DNA from: a candidate division WOR-3 bacterium
GTDB taxonomy: Bacteria; Hydrothermota; UBA3072; B12-G15
Length of the DNA: 64,000 nucleotides
Reading direction: 5' to 3'
NCBI GenBank assembly: GCA_965649055.1
Contig: CBFGJG010000003.1
Coordinates: 1-64,000, forward strand
In this document: piece by piece, positions 47,292 to 58,303 of the stretch
Position numbering within the stretch: position 1 is the stretch's first letter
How the letters are laid out: every line of letters starts with the position of its first letter
Translations under genes and position numbers: made by a program
The notes under the pieces: generated by a model
What the model was told of the DNA's origin: nothing
Databases searched by the model: none
The model's input: only the letters and a program-made list of their open reading frames with translations

Positions 47292-48437
47292 GTGAAAATA
47301 CATGAATATCAGGCAAGAGAATTTTTTGTTAAGTATGGAATTCCTGTTCCTGAAGCTGGTGTAGCAAGTTCCAAAGAAGAGGTGTTCAATATTGCAAAGA
47401 AAATAGGTTCAAAGGTTGTTATAAAGGCACAGGTTCATGTTGGCGGAAGAGGTAAGGCTGGTGGTGTAAAACTTGCGTCCACACCTGAAGAGGCAAAAGA
47501 GGTTGGAGAAAAAATTCTCAATATGGAGATAAAAGGCTTGAAAGTTAAAAAGGTCTTTGTAATGAAGGCAGTTGAAATAAAGAGTGAATCGTATATTGGA
47601 GTAATAGTTGATAGAAGGACAAAGAGGCCAGTTATAATGGTAAGTCCTGCCGGTGGAATTGATATTGAAGAGGTTGCAAAAGAAACACCTGAAAAAATAT
47701 TCAAGGTTACTGTTGACCCTTTATATGGACTTCTTTCCCATCAGGCAAGGGAACTTGCTTCAAAACTATACGATGATTTCAATCTTGTTAATAAAGCTGC
47801 TGATATAATAATGAAATTATATAAGTTATTTATAGAGACAGATGCATCTATAGCAGAGATAAATCCGTTTGTTCTAACTAAATCAGGTGAGCTTCTTGCA
47901 ATTGATTCAAAGATTAACTTCGATGACAATGCATTATTCAGACATCCTGAATACGAGGAACTGAAAGACCTTACAGAAGATGAAAAGATAGAAGAAGATG
48001 CGAAGAAGGTTGGTCTGAGTTTCATAAAACTTAATGGTAGTATTGGATGTGTTGTTAATGGTGCAGGTCTTGCAATGGCAACCATGGATGTTATAAAATA
48101 TTTTGGTGGTGAACCCGCTAATTTCCTTGATGTTGGGGGTTCTTCAAATCCTGAAAAGGTTAAATATGCTATGGATATACTTCTAAAAGATAAGAATGTG
48201 AAATCTATCTGGTTTAATATATTTGGTGGGATAACAAGATGCGACGATATTGCCAATGGACTTGTTGAGGCCTTAAAAGGTTTAAATTTGAATATTCCAA
48301 TTGTTGTGAGGATAAAAGGGACAAATGAAGAACTGGCAAGGGATATAATTAAAGATTCCAATCTACCTATTATTTTTGCAGATTCAATGTCAGATGGTGC
48401 AAAAAAAGCGATAAAAGCAAGTGGAGGAAAGATATGA
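47292..48437 (+). CDS. sucC: Succinyl-CoA synthetase beta subunit
   Basis: [38 protein letters not shown]. Confidence 0.95.
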   Translation: MKIHEYQAREFFVKYGIPVPEAGVASSKEEVFNIAKKIGSKVVIKAQVHVGGRGKAGGVKLASTPEEAKEVGEKILNMEIKGLKVKKVFVMKAVEIKSESYIGVIVDRRTKRPVIMVSPAGGIDIEEVAKETPEKIFKVTVDPLYGLLSHQARELASKLYDDFNLVNKAADIIMKLYKLFIETDASIAEINPFVLTKSGELLAIDSKINFDDNALFRHPEYEELKDLTEDEKIEEDAKKVGLSFIKLNGSIGCVVNGAGLAMATMDVIKYFGGEPANFLDVGGSSNPEKVKYAMDILLKDKNVKSIWFNIFGGITRCDDIANGLVEALKGLNLNIPIVVRIKGTNEELARDIIKDSNLPIIFADSMSDGAKKAIKASGGKI

Positions 48438-49309
48438 GTGTTCTTGTTGATGAAAGGACAAGGGTTGTTGTTCAGGGTATAACTGGAAGGGATGGTTCAT
48501 TCCATGCAAAGAAGATGAAAGAGTATGGGACAAAGGTCGTTGCAGGTGTAACACCTGGAAAAGGTGGAACATTCGTAGATGGTATACCTGTTTTCAATTC
48601 GGTTATTGAGGCAGTAGAGAATGAAGGTGCAAATACTTCCTGCATATTTGTCCCTTCAAGATTTGCATCTGATGCAATATTTGAAGCAGGTGATAGTGGG
48701 GTTTCTTTAATTGTTGCAATAACAGAAGGTGTTCCAGTGATTGATATGGTTAAGGCAGTAAGGTTCCTTGAAGAAAGAGGGGTAAGGCTTATTGGCCCTA
48801 ATTGTCCAGGAATCATCTCACCTGGAAAATCAAAGGTCGGTATTCTACCGGAAAGATTTTGTAAACCTGGTAGAATAGGTGTTGTATCAAGGAGTGGAAC
48901 ATTGACATATGAGATTGTGAGCCATATTTCCGATGCAGGTTTAGGCCAATCCACAGCAGTTGGGATTGGCGGTGACCCTGTTATAGGAACAAAATTCATC
49001 GATATGCTTGAACTTTTCAGGGACGACCCTGAAACAGATGCAGTGGTTATTATTGGTGAAATAGGTGGTTCAGATGAAGAAGATACTGCAAAATATATAG
49101 TTGAGACAAAATTTGAAAAACCTGTTGTAGGTATAATTGCAGGTAAAACAGCACCACCCGGTAAGAGGATGGGGCATGCAGGTGCAATAATAACAGGTGG
49201 AACAGGAACCGCTATAGATAAGATAAAGGCATTCAAAGAGGCCGGTATTTTAGTCGCAGATATACCTGAAGATGTTGTAAAACTACTTAAAAATGCACTT
49301 GCGGGGTAA
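48434..49309 (+). CDS. sucD: Succinyl-CoA synthetase alpha subunit
   Basis: [27 protein letters not shown]. Confidence 0.95.
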   Translation: MSVLVDERTRVVVQGITGRDGSFHAKKMKEYGTKVVAGVTPGKGGTFVDGIPVFNSVIEAVENEGANTSCIFVPSRFASDAIFEAGDSGVSLIVAITEGVPVIDMVKAVRFLEERGVRLIGPNCPGIISPGKSKVGILPERFCKPGRIGVVSRSGTLTYEIVSHISDAGLGQSTAVGIGGDPVIGTKFIDMLELFRDDPETDAVVIIGEIGGSDEEDTAKYIVETKFEKPVVGIIAGKTAPPGKRMGHAGAIITGGTGTAIDKIKAFKEAGILVADIPEDVVKLLKNALAG

Positions 49310-49311
49310 CT

Positions 49312-49536
49312 ATGAAGAAAAGTTTTAAGGTTGAAATAGATAAAAAATGGTGTAAGGGTTGTGAGATATGTGTTTTTTTCTGCCCTGTAAAAATTTTAAA
49401 GATAAGTGATGATAGAAAGGCAGAAGTTATAGATGAAGAAAAATGCACCGGTTGTCTTATGTGTGAATATCATTGTCCTGATTTCGCAATATTTGTAACA
49501 CCAAAAGAACCCGTTGAAACAAAGGAAATGAAATGA
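49312..49536 (+). CDS. korD: 2x[4Fe-4S] ferredoxin, 2-oxoacid oxidoreductase delta subunit
   Basis: WCKGCEICVFFCP, CTGCLMCEYHCPDFAI. Confidence 0.85.
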   Translation: MKKSFKVEIDKKWCKGCEICVFFCPVKILKISDDRKAEVIDEEKCTGCLMCEYHCPDFAIFVTPKEPVETKEMK

Positions 49537-50378
49537 GAGAAATAGATTATAATTTAATAGTTGATAAAGTAAAAGATTTATGTATGGATGCAAATTATTT
49601 TGAGCCTGAGGATGTGATTGAAAAAATGAAGGAATTTATGGAGAAAGAAGAGTCTGATGTTGCAAAAAATATAATGAATGTCCTTATTGAAAATTATAAG
49701 ATTGCTAAGGAAGAAAAGATATCCATATGTCAGGATACTGGTTTTGCATTCTTTATAGTAGAAATCGGTGAAGATGTTAAGGTGAAAAATGGTAATATAG
49801 TTGATGCTATTTACGAAGGGGTAAGAAGAGGTTATAAGGAAGGATATTTAAGAAAGTCTATCGTGAATGACCCTGTATTTCTAAGGAAAAACACAGGTGA
49901 TAATACCCCACCTGTTATCCATTTTGAGATAGCTAAGGGCGATAAAATTAAGATAAAGTTCGCACCAAAAGGTGGTGGTTCAGAAAATATGAGCGAGGTT
50001 CGTATGCTTGTTGCAGCTGATGGTGTTGAAGGAATTAAGAAATTTGTTATAGAAAGGGTACAAAAGTCAGGCGGGAATCCATGCCCACCTGTTGTTATAG
50101 GAATAGGAATAGGTGGAACCTTTGATTATGTTACATACCTTGCAAAAAAGGCATTGTTTAGGAAATTGGGAGAACATAACCCTGATGAAAGATATGCGAA
50201 ACTTGAAGATGAATTATTACAGGAGGTGAACAAACTCGGAATTGGCCCAATGGGACTTGGTGGAAGGACTACTGCACTTGCTGTTCATATAGAATTTTAT
50301 CCCTGTCATATTGCAAGTATGCCTGTTGCTATAAATATGCAATGCCATGCAGCAAGGCACAAAGAAATTGAAATTTAG
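49533..50378 (+). CDS. Fe-S fumarate hydratase alpha subunit
   Basis: ICQDTG, GYLRKS, KGGGSEN, GNPCPP, CHAARH. Confidence 0.9.
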   Translation: MREIDYNLIVDKVKDLCMDANYFEPEDVIEKMKEFMEKEESDVAKNIMNVLIENYKIAKEEKISICQDTGFAFFIVEIGEDVKVKNGNIVDAIYEGVRRGYKEGYLRKSIVNDPVFLRKNTGDNTPPVIHFEIAKGDKIKIKFAPKGGGSENMSEVRMLVAADGVEGIKKFVIERVQKSGGNPCPPVVIGIGIGGTFDYVTYLAKKALFRKLGEHNPDERYAKLEDELLQEVNKLGIGPMGLGGRTTALAVHIEFYPCHIASMPVAINMQCHAARHKEIEI

Positions 50379-50383
50379 GAGGG

Positions 50384-50938
50384 ATGATGATAAAGGTTAA
50401 TTCCCCTTTAGACGAGAAAATTATTAAGGAATTAAAGGTTGGTGATTATGTGCTTTTGACTGGAATTATTTATACAGGTAGGGACGCTGCACATAAAAGA
50501 TTCATTGAAACTATTGAAAAAGGCGAGAAACTCCCATTCGATATAAAAAATGCGGTGATATATTATGTTGGGCCAACACCGGCAAAACCAGGAATGCCAA
50601 TAGGTTCTTGTGGACCAACAACGAGTTACAGGATGGATAAATACACACCAAAATTACTTGAACTCGGTCTTAAAGGTATGATAGGTAAAGGTGAAAGAAA
50701 AAAAGAAGTGATAGATGCAATGGTAAGATTTGGTGGTGTTTATTTTACTGCCTTTGGCGGTGCTGGAGCATACTATTCAAAATGTGTTAAGAAGGCAGAT
50801 ATAATAGCATATGAAGATTTAGGTCCTGAAGCGGTTATGAGGCTTGATGTTGTTGATTTTCCACTTATTGTGACTATAGATACTTATGGTAATGATCTAT
50901 CTTTGATAGGTATTGAAAAATACAGGAGCATAAAATGA
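50384..50938 (+). CDS. Fe-S fumarate hydratase beta subunit
   Basis: TGRDAAHKR, GPTTSYRMD, IGKG, DLGPEA. Confidence 0.9.
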   Translation: MMIKVNSPLDEKIIKELKVGDYVLLTGIIYTGRDAAHKRFIETIEKGEKLPFDIKNAVIYYVGPTPAKPGMPIGSCGPTTSYRMDKYTPKLLELGLKGMIGKGERKKEVIDAMVRFGGVYFTAFGGAGAYYSKCVKKADIIAYEDLGPEAVMRLDVVDFPLIVTIDTYGNDLSLIGIEKYRSIK

Positions 50939-52059
50939 AAAGAAGTCTTGTATCAGGGAATGAAGCAATTGCTTATGGAGCACTTGCAGCAGGTATTAAA
51001 TTCTATGCTGGTTATCCTATAACCCCTTCTTCTGATATTGCAGAGATACTTGCGAGGGAACTTCCTAAAAAAGGTGGTAGATTCATTCAGATGGAGGATG
51101 AAATTGCTTCAATGGGCGCAATAATAGGCGCATCACTTGCTGGAATGAAAACAATGACTGCAACAAGCGGTCCCGGGCTTTCTTTAATGCTTGAAAACAT
51201 AGGTTTTGGGATTATGGTAGAAGCACCCTGTGTAGTTGTGGATGTCCAGAGGGGAGGCCCTTCAACAGGACTTCCAACTTTTCCTTCACAGGGAGATTTA
51301 ATACAGGCAAGATGGGGAACACATGGTGACCATGAGATAATAGTTATTTACCCAAATTCAGTTATGGAATGTTTTGAGTTGACCGTTAAGGCATTCAATC
51401 TTGCTGAAGAATACAGAACACCTGTTATTCTTCTTTCCGACGAGATAATTGCACATTTGAGGGAGATAGTTGAATTCCCTGATAAAGTTGAAATTGTTGA
51501 CAGGAAAAAACCAACTGTCCCACCTGAAAAATTTCTACCTTATACCGATGAATTTGGTGATGTTCCACCAATGCCTGATTATGGTTCAGAATACAGGTAT
51601 CATACAACAGGTCTTGCACATGATGAGACAGGATTCCCTGTTCATCATCCTGATAAGGTTGAGAAACTTCTTTTAAGGATAACAGGAAAGATAACAAAAA
51701 ATAGGGATAAAATGGCAGATATTGAGATTCGTTATCCGGAATCTGAATATTTTGTCTTTTCACTTGGTTGTGTTTCAAGGGCTGCAGGTGAAATTGTTGA
51801 ATATTTCAGGGGAAAAGGTATAAATATAGGTCTTATAAGACCAAGGGTCTTATTCCCATTCCCTGAAAAACAAATCAGGTCTTTAGGTGATAAGGCTAAG
51901 AAGATTTTTATATTTGAAATGAACCATGGACAGATAGTCCATGTTGTGAGAAGATGTGTAAAAACAGAAAAAATCAAATGGTTTGGAAAGGCTAATGGTG
52001 AAATAATCACGCCTGATGAGATGGAGAAAATAATACTGGAGGAATTAAATGGTAACTGA
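50935..52059 (+). CDS. korA: 2-oxoacid:ferredoxin oxidoreductase alpha subunit
   Basis: GYPITPSS, QMEDEIAS, TSGPG, QRGGPSTG. Confidence 0.9.
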   Translation: MKRSLVSGNEAIAYGALAAGIKFYAGYPITPSSDIAEILARELPKKGGRFIQMEDEIASMGAIIGASLAGMKTMTATSGPGLSLMLENIGFGIMVEAPCVVVDVQRGGPSTGLPTFPSQGDLIQARWGTHGDHEIIVIYPNSVMECFELTVKAFNLAEEYRTPVILLSDEIIAHLREIVEFPDKVEIVDRKKPTVPPEKFLPYTDEFGDVPPMPDYGSEYRYHTTGLAHDETGFPVHHPDKVEKLLLRITGKITKNRDKMADIEIRYPESEYFVFSLGCVSRAAGEIVEYFRGKGINIGLIRPRVLFPFPEKQIRSLGDKAKKIFIFEMNHGQIVHVVRRCVKTEKIKWFGKANGEIITPDEMEKIILEELNGN

Positions 52060-52879
52060 AATTGCAAGAAAATATTTAAGGAAGGAAAAATTCCCTTCAA
52101 TATGGTGTTCAGGATGCGGGCATGGAATAATACTCGGTTCACTCTTAAGATCCATTGACAAACTTGGTCTTGATAAAAATAAGATAGTTCTTATTTCAGG
52201 AATAGGATGTTCTGGAAGGACACCCGGATATGTTGATTTCTTTACATTACATACAACACATGGAAGGGCTTTAACATTCGCAACAGGTATAAAGATTTCA
52301 AGGCCTGAACTTAATGTTATTGTTGTAATGGGTGATGGAGATGCAGCTGCAATAGGTGGGAATCATCTCATACATTCTGCAAGGAGGAATATAGATATAA
52401 CTGCGATTGTTTACAATAATTCAATATATGGTATGACAGGTGGACAGGTTTCACCAACAACAGGGTATGGATATTATGCTACAACTGCACCATATGGACA
52501 ATACGAATATCCTTTTGATATCGCACAATTGGCAATCGGTGCAGGGGCAACTTTTGTCGCAAGGGGTTCTTCTTATCATATACCTATGCTTGATAATTTG
52601 ATAAAGAAAGGTATTGAACACAAGGGTTTTTCCGTTATTGATGTTATAACAACCTGCCCTGTAAATTTTGGTAGGAGAAACAAGATAACATCAGACCCTT
52701 ATGAGAATCTGAAATTCATCTCAAACATTGTTGTTCCAAAATCAAAATATGACCAGATGACCGAAGAAGAAAGAAAAGGAAAATTCCCTATGGGAATACT
52801 GAAAGAAGAAATAAAGCCTGAATTAACAGAGATATACAGGATGAAAGAAGAAGAGCTGGGGGTAAAATATGAAGTATGA
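52049..52879 (+). CDS. korB: 2-oxoacid:ferredoxin oxidoreductase beta subunit
   Basis: WCSGCG, SGIGCS, HTTHGR, GDGD, YGMTGGQ. Confidence 0.9.
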   Translation: MVTEIARKYLRKEKFPSIWCSGCGHGIILGSLLRSIDKLGLDKNKIVLISGIGCSGRTPGYVDFFTLHTTHGRALTFATGIKISRPELNVIVVMGDGDAAAIGGNHLIHSARRNIDITAIVYNNSIYGMTGGQVSPTTGYGYYATTAPYGQYEYPFDIAQLAIGAGATFVARGSSYHIPMLDNLIKKGIEHKGFSVIDVITTCPVNFGRRNKITSDPYENLKFISNIVVPKSKYDQMTEEERKGKFPMGILKEEIKPELTEIYRMKEEELGVKYEV

Positions 52880-53408
52880 AGTTAGATTTTCCGGTTCCGG
52901 TGGTCAGGGTATTATCCTTGCAGGTTTGATATTTGCAGAGGCAGCAGGGATTGATGAGAAGAAAAACGTTGTTCAGACACAACTTTATGGTGCTGCAACA
53001 AGGGGCGAGATAAGTAAGACAGAGGTTATAATCTCTGATGAAAAGATTAATTATATAAAGGTGAGGAAAGCAGACCTTCTACTTGCACTTAATCAAGATT
53101 CTTTCAACGCATACAAGGATAATGTTAAGGAAAACGGAATAATTTTAATTGACAGTTTTTATGTGAAAGATTATAATAAGGATGATAAAAGGATAATTGC
53201 TTTACCATTGAGTGAAACATCCATTAAAATAACTAAAAGAGAGATTGCAACTAATATAGTTGCGTTAGGTGTTATTACTGTTATAAGTAAGATTATAAGT
53301 AAAGAAAGTATGAAAAATGCTGTTTTAAGAAGGATACCAAAAGGAACGGAGGAAATGAATATTGAAGCATTAAATGCGGGATTTTTACTCGGTGAAGGGA
53401 TAAAATGA
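52869..53408 (+). CDS. korC: 2-oxoacid:ferredoxin oxidoreductase gamma subunit
   Basis: GSGGQG, YGAATRG, NIVALG. Confidence 0.88.
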   Translation: MKYEVRFSGSGGQGIILAGLIFAEAAGIDEKKNVVQTQLYGAATRGEISKTEVIISDEKINYIKVRKADLLLALNQDSFNAYKDNVKENGIILIDSFYVKDYNKDDKRIIALPLSETSIKITKREIATNIVALGVITVISKIISKESMKNAVLRRIPKGTEEMNIEALNAGFLLGEGIK

Positions 53409-54298
53409 TATTGTTATTTGTATCAATAGAATTTGATAATTTCTACAGGGATTTTAAAAATATTATTGACTGGTTTAACAGAATTGGTTCACCTGTTGGT
53501 TTTGAGATGTTATACATTGATAAAGAACCTGTGATAAGTGGTTCTGGAGGAATTTATTTCTTCAGTCCTGAAAACTCAGGTTCATTAAATCCATCTTACC
53601 CTTTAAGTAAAGATAATTATAAGTTTATTTCAGTTTCTCACAGGACACACTATGCAGGTTCATTCTTTGATAAGATTACATATTTGAATGTGAAAGAAAA
53701 ATTTTATTTAGGTGTTATTTTAGAAGGTTTTTTCTCAAATCAAATGGAATTACACGACACAATCCCTGAGACTTCAGACGAATACTATAATGGATATGAC
53801 ATTTCTTTAAACATTAGTTCAGGTTATGAATTAAAAAATATGCAGTTAGGTTTAACTATTAAATATCTTTACGAGAAAATATTTATAGAAGATGTTTCAA
53901 CATACGGATTTGACATTGGAATTTCAAGGAATTTTGATTCAGGAAAATTTGGTTTTTCTCTGCTTAATCTTGGGCCAAAATACTACGGGAAATTAAAAAA
54001 CAGACTACCTATAACATGGAGGATAGGTGGTTCCTATGAAAAAAGTTTTAGTGAAATAAATTCAGGTTTAGGCATTGACATTGTAAAGCCATTACATAAT
54101 GTAACAGAATTTCATACTGGTCTAATATTTGAATATAGTTTTATGAGGATATTCTTAGGTAAGAAGTTCAGGAACACACTTGAAGACTTTTCAACCGGAT
54201 TTGAATTCTCAATTAATAAATTTGTTTTTTCCTATTCTTTTTTAATACTGAAAAATTCAGGATTTTCGTCTAATATTAAAACACTCTGGAGATTTTAA
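53405..54298 (+). CDS. PorV/PorQ-like outer-membrane beta-barrel
   Basis: [37 protein letters not shown]-terminal WRF. Confidence 0.68.
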   Translation: MILLFVSIEFDNFYRDFKNIIDWFNRIGSPVGFEMLYIDKEPVISGSGGIYFFSPENSGSLNPSYPLSKDNYKFISVSHRTHYAGSFFDKITYLNVKEKFYLGVILEGFFSNQMELHDTIPETSDEYYNGYDISLNISSGYELKNMQLGLTIKYLYEKIFIEDVSTYGFDIGISRNFDSGKFGFSLLNLGPKYYGKLKNRLPITWRIGGSYEKSFSEINSGLGIDIVKPLHNVTEFHTGLIFEYSFMRIFLGKKFRNTLEDFSTGFEFSINKFVFSYSFLILKNSGFSSNIKTLWRF

Positions 54299-55254
54299 TG
54301 CCAACCTATCTTGATTTTGAAAAACCAATAGAAGAACTTGAAAAGAAGATTGAAGAATTAAGGAATCTTTCTACTGAACAAAATGTCTCACTTGACGAGG
54401 AGATAAAACCACTTGAAAGGAAACTGAATGAATTGAGGAGAAAGATATTCCAGAATCTTACGCCATGGCAGAAGGTTCAACTTGCAAGACACCCTGATAG
54501 ACCATACACACTTGATTATATAAAACACATATTCACAGACTGGATTGAATTGCATGGAGACAGATTATTTGCAGATGATCCATCTATTGTTGCAGGTTTC
54601 GGTAAGATAGATGGACAGACATTTACAATTGTAGGGACACAGAAAGGAAGGACCGTTGAAGAGAAATTAAAAAGAAATTTTGGTATGCCACATCCTGAAG
54701 GATACAGAAAGGCATTAAGGGTGATGAAGACAGGTGCAAAATTTAATCGTCCTATTATTAGTTTCATTGATACCCCTGGTGCATTTCCCGGTATTGGTGC
54801 TGAAGAAAGAGGACAGGCTATGGCTATAGCAGTAAACATAAAAGAAATGGGTGTTATCCCTGTCCCAATCATTGTTATTATTACTGGAGAAGGTGGGAGT
54901 GGTGGTGCATTAGGAATAGGTGTAGGTGATAGGGTTTTTATACAGGAGAACGCAGTTTATTCAGTAATATCACCGGAAGGTTGTGCATCTATACTTTGGA
55001 GGGACCAGAAGTTTAAAGATAAGGCAGCAGAAGCCTTAAAGATAACAGCAGAAGATATGTTAAGACTTGGTGTTGTTGACAAGATAATACCGGAACCTGA
55101 AGGTGGTGCACACAGGGATTATTATCGCGCATCTATGATAATTAAGGATTTTATTATAAATGCATATAACGAATTGAAATCTATAGATAAAGAGAGATTA
55201 ATAAAAGAAAGGATAGAAAAATTTGGGAAAATGGGAATATTTGAGGAGCAATAA
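54298..55254 (+). CDS. accA: Acetyl-CoA carboxylase carboxyltransferase alpha
   Basis: [40 protein letters not shown]. Confidence 0.96.
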   Translation: MPTYLDFEKPIEELEKKIEELRNLSTEQNVSLDEEIKPLERKLNELRRKIFQNLTPWQKVQLARHPDRPYTLDYIKHIFTDWIELHGDRLFADDPSIVAGFGKIDGQTFTIVGTQKGRTVEEKLKRNFGMPHPEGYRKALRVMKTGAKFNRPIISFIDTPGAFPGIGAEERGQAMAIAVNIKEMGVIPVPIIVIITGEGGSGGALGIGVGDRVFIQENAVYSVISPEGCASILWRDQKFKDKAAEALKITAEDMLRLGVVDKIIPEPEGGAHRDYYRASMIIKDFIINAYNELKSIDKERLIKERIEKFGKMGIFEEQ

Positions 55255-55883
55255 TGCCACTCTCTGGGAGCCTTGAAGATTTTGAAATAACCGATGTCTT
55301 ACAGGTTATACATATATCAAATAAAGATGGTGTTCTTTATATAAGGACAGCAAAAGGAAGGGCAATGATGTACTTTAAAGGTGGATTGCTTCTACACGCA
55401 GAGATAGAAGACGCGATTGGTATGGATGCGGTAAGAAAGATTATTATTTTAAGACAGGGAACTTTTGAATTCAGACCTGGTGATTCAACACCAAATGTTT
55501 CTATAGAACTCCCAATACAGAATGTTATCATTGAAGCAGCAAGACAGATAGACGAATGGAAACAGATGAGGAAATTGATTCCTTCGGTTAATATAATAGT
55601 AGATTTTGTTGAAGAACCGGAGATATCAAAGATAGAACTTACACCTGATGAATGGAAGATACTAACATCTGTTGATGGAAAGAAGACACTTAAAGAACTT
55701 GCAAAAACATTATCACTTGATGAATTCACAGTTGCAAAGACACTCTATGGCCTTATCTCATCAGGGCTTCTTAAGGTAACAGGTGAAAAATCAGAAGAAA
55801 TCGTTCAAACAAAAGAAGAACCAAAGGAAGAAAAGAAAGAAGAAGATGATAAAAAAAGAGGTGGATTCTTTAGAAGGCGTTAA
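55254..55883 (+). CDS. DUF4388 (PATAN-like) domain protein with winged-helix-like C-terminus
   Basis: LSGSLEDF..DVLQ..GVL..YFKGG..GTFEF..EAARQIDEW; EWKIL..VDG. Confidence 0.82.
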   Translation: MPLSGSLEDFEITDVLQVIHISNKDGVLYIRTAKGRAMMYFKGGLLLHAEIEDAIGMDAVRKIIILRQGTFEFRPGDSTPNVSIELPIQNVIIEAARQIDEWKQMRKLIPSVNIIVDFVEEPEISKIELTPDEWKILTSVDGKKTLKELAKTLSLDEFTVAKTLYGLISSGLLKVTGEKSEEIVQTKEEPKEEKKEEDDKKRGGFFRRR

Positions 55884-56281
55884 TGTCAGAAAAATCCATT
55901 TACAAAGGTTTTTCCTTAATTGAATTAATTGTCTCAATATCTATTATTTCAATAATTTTATTGTTTTTTTCAGGTATAACAATTTATAATCTAAAAATGA
56001 CAAGAAAATTGAATAATTTGAGGATTGCCAAGGAAATAGCCTACCAGAAATTGTCATATCTTAATTCCATTCCTTTTGATAGCGAAGAATTAAAGAAAGG
56101 AAGACATAAGCAGGAAACAATCGGTAAAAAGTTTGTTCTGAGTTATTCAGTGAAAGAGAAGGAAGAAGCAAAAGGACTGAAATGGATAGAACTTTTTGTT
56201 TATATTATACCCGAGAATGATTCTTTAAGATTCACATGTTTCGTTTCAGAAACAAAATATGAAAAAAATTACACAGAATAA
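55883..56281 (+). CDS. Prepilin-type protein (PilV-like)
   Basis: KG|FSLIELIVSI. Confidence 0.8.
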   Translation: MSEKSIYKGFSLIELIVSISIISIILLFFSGITIYNLKMTRKLNNLRIAKEIAYQKLSYLNSIPFDSEELKKGRHKQETIGKKFVLSYSVKEKEEAKGLKWIELFVYIIPENDSLRFTCFVSETKYEKNYTE

Positions 56282-56362
56282 AGATTTATTTTTATTAATA
56301 TGTTGAAAATCAATAATGGATAATCGGGAACAAAAATTTTTTATAAATAATAGGAGGTAAAT

Positions 56363-56884
56363 ATGAGAAAGAAAGGTTTTTCAATAGTTGAACTTGTTGT
56401 AATAATTGCAGTTATGGGACTATTATTCGGGATAGCAGTTCCGCCAACAGTCCAGGTTTTCAGAAGGGCTGTGGACCAAAAGGTGAATGAGGTTGTATCT
56501 GATCTTAAAGATTTAAGGGAGATAGCGATTGCAAGTAGTGCTAATATTACGATACAGAAGACAGCTGATAATAAACTCACTGTAACAATAGATTATCCTG
56601 ACCCGAATACACCGGATGTTCAAAGGGAATATACATACGATAAGATTGTTTTTAAACCTGCTTATGGTTTAAGCACCCCTGTTCCAGATATAGGTGGCAC
56701 TATCGATTCTGATGGATTCACATTCCCGAATAATACTATAACTTTTTTAAGATATGGTTCACCCACAAATTCAGGTGCTATATATATCACGGATGCTAAA
56801 AAAGGTAAACAAATATATGCAATAAGTATAACACTTGCAGGCAGGATAAAACTCTGGAAATGGGTGGGAGGAGGTTGGAAATGA
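56363..56884 (+). CDS. FimT/FimU-like minor pilin
   Basis: RKKG|FSIVELVVII..AVPP; ITF..YG..GAIYI..GRIK. Confidence 0.85.
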   Translation: MRKKGFSIVELVVIIAVMGLLFGIAVPPTVQVFRRAVDQKVNEVVSDLKDLREIAIASSANITIQKTADNKLTVTIDYPDPNTPDVQREYTYDKIVFKPAYGLSTPVPDIGGTIDSDGFTFPNNTITFLRYGSPTNSGAIYITDAKKGKQIYAISITLAGRIKLWKWVGGGWK

Positions 56885-57348
56885 GGTGTTGTGAACACTC
56901 ATCAAAAAAAAGAGGATTAAAAATCAAAGGATTTACAATACGTGGATTCACAATCCTTGAGGTTGTTATTGCTATAGTCCTTTTTGGACTCCTATATGCA
57001 GGTCTTTTCAATGCGATATTCATTGGTTTAAGGATGCAGCCAGTTATAAGAACAAGGATTTATGCACATAATGTGATGAACAGATACACTGAGATTTTAA
57101 GGACTTTACCTGTTGAACATCCTTGGTTTACAAATGATGGTGAAAATAATGACACAAATAACATTGACGAACCTGATTTTGCAAGGGTTGATACATATAG
57201 TATTTCTGATAGTGTAAGATATGTTTACGATGTTATGTGGAATATTTTAGAGAATGTTCCTGAAAACAATATGATTTTTATAAGGGTATTTGTAAGGCGT
57301 GGAAATATTGTTGTCACAAATGATATTGTGAGATGGAGGGGAGAATGA
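56881..57348 (+). CDS. PilV-like minor pilin
   Basis: RG|FTILEVVIAI; start probably ATG 56881 after GGAGG. Confidence 0.8.
   Translation: MRCCEHSSKKRGLKIKGFTIRGFTILEVVIAIVLFGLLYAGLFNAIFIGLRMQPVIRTRIYAHNVMNRYTEILRTLPVEHPWFTNDGENNDTNNIDEPDFARVDTYSISDSVRYVYDVMWNILENVPENNMIFIRVFVRRGNIVVTNDIVRWRGE
56911..56955 (+). repeat. 3 x 15-bp degenerate tandem repeat in a prepilin leader
   Basis: AGAGGATTAAAAATC / AAAGGATTTACAATA / CGTGGATTCACAATC = RGLKI KGFTI RGFTI. Confidence 0.6.
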
Positions 57349-58298
57349 ATAAAAAAGGTTTGACACTTGTAGAACTTATGGTTGCCTTGGTTATATTTGG
57401 TCTTTTTATGGCTTCCATTGTTCAGGTTCTTTCCATGCAGAATAGAAAGAGTGTTCAGGTTCAATCAACATCAAATCTGCAGATGGATGCACAGGTTGCG
57501 TTCAATATATTGAAAAATGATATATATCATGCAGGTTTAGGGATAGGTGTTGAAAGATTTTCAATAATCTCCCAGGATGGTGGGACAAATGCACCAGACC
57601 AGATCACATTACTTGGTGTGGCTCTGGGTTCTGAGGTTCCGGTTGTTCGATGGAATCCTGTTGTTCAAAGGTCTGAAGGAGGTGTTTTAGTGTGTAGGAG
57701 ATGGGGTGATGTATCAAGGGATATTGCAGTGAATGACACTATCTTGATTCTTTCACCTGAAAAAAACCTTATCATTGACAACTTAAAAGTTCAACATATA
57801 ACAGTGGATGTATCCGACCCTACGATAATGGAAGTTAGGGTTAATAATACAAGTGCATCTGCAAATGCATCTTCAATTGTTTATTGTATTCAAAATAATA
57901 ATGTTTATACAAATGGGATAACATATAGAATACAGACAATAGATGGTATTCCTGTCCTTATGCGTGGGAATGAAAGGTTCCTTGAGAATGTAGAAGACCT
58001 TGAATTTGCTTATGGTATAGATGTTGATGATGATGGTGAGGTTGAACCAAATGAGTTTGAAAACAGTCTTGAAAATTTTCAAGCACGTATACAGGGCTTT
58101 AACTCTTCTGTCCTTTATGATAGAACTTTTGTAATAAGGGTTTCTATGCTTGTCAGGACTGAAAGCAGATTGCAGGATGTTAGGTTTGCAGAGACTATGC
58201 AGATTGAGAACAGAACTATAAATTTTACAGATACTGAAAGAAGATTTGATAGGTTATTACTTTCAACAACAATATCACCAAGGAATATAAGGAGGTGA
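57345..58298 (+). CDS. pilW: PilW-like minor pilin
   Basis: MNKKG|LTLVELMVAL, DIYHAG, ENVEDLEFAYGID, IRVSMLVRT, PRN. Confidence 0.85.
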   Translation: MNKKGLTLVELMVALVIFGLFMASIVQVLSMQNRKSVQVQSTSNLQMDAQVAFNILKNDIYHAGLGIGVERFSIISQDGGTNAPDQITLLGVALGSEVPVVRWNPVVQRSEGGVLVCRRWGDVSRDIAVNDTILILSPEKNLIIDNLKVQHITVDVSDPTIMEVRVNNTSASANASSIVYCIQNNNVYTNGITYRIQTIDGIPVLMRGNERFLENVEDLEFAYGIDVDDDGEVEPNEFENSLENFQARIQGFNSSVLYDRTFVIRVSMLVRTESRLQDVRFAETMQIENRTINFTDTERRFDRLLLSTTISPRNIRR

Positions 58299-58303
58299 TT
58301 AAA

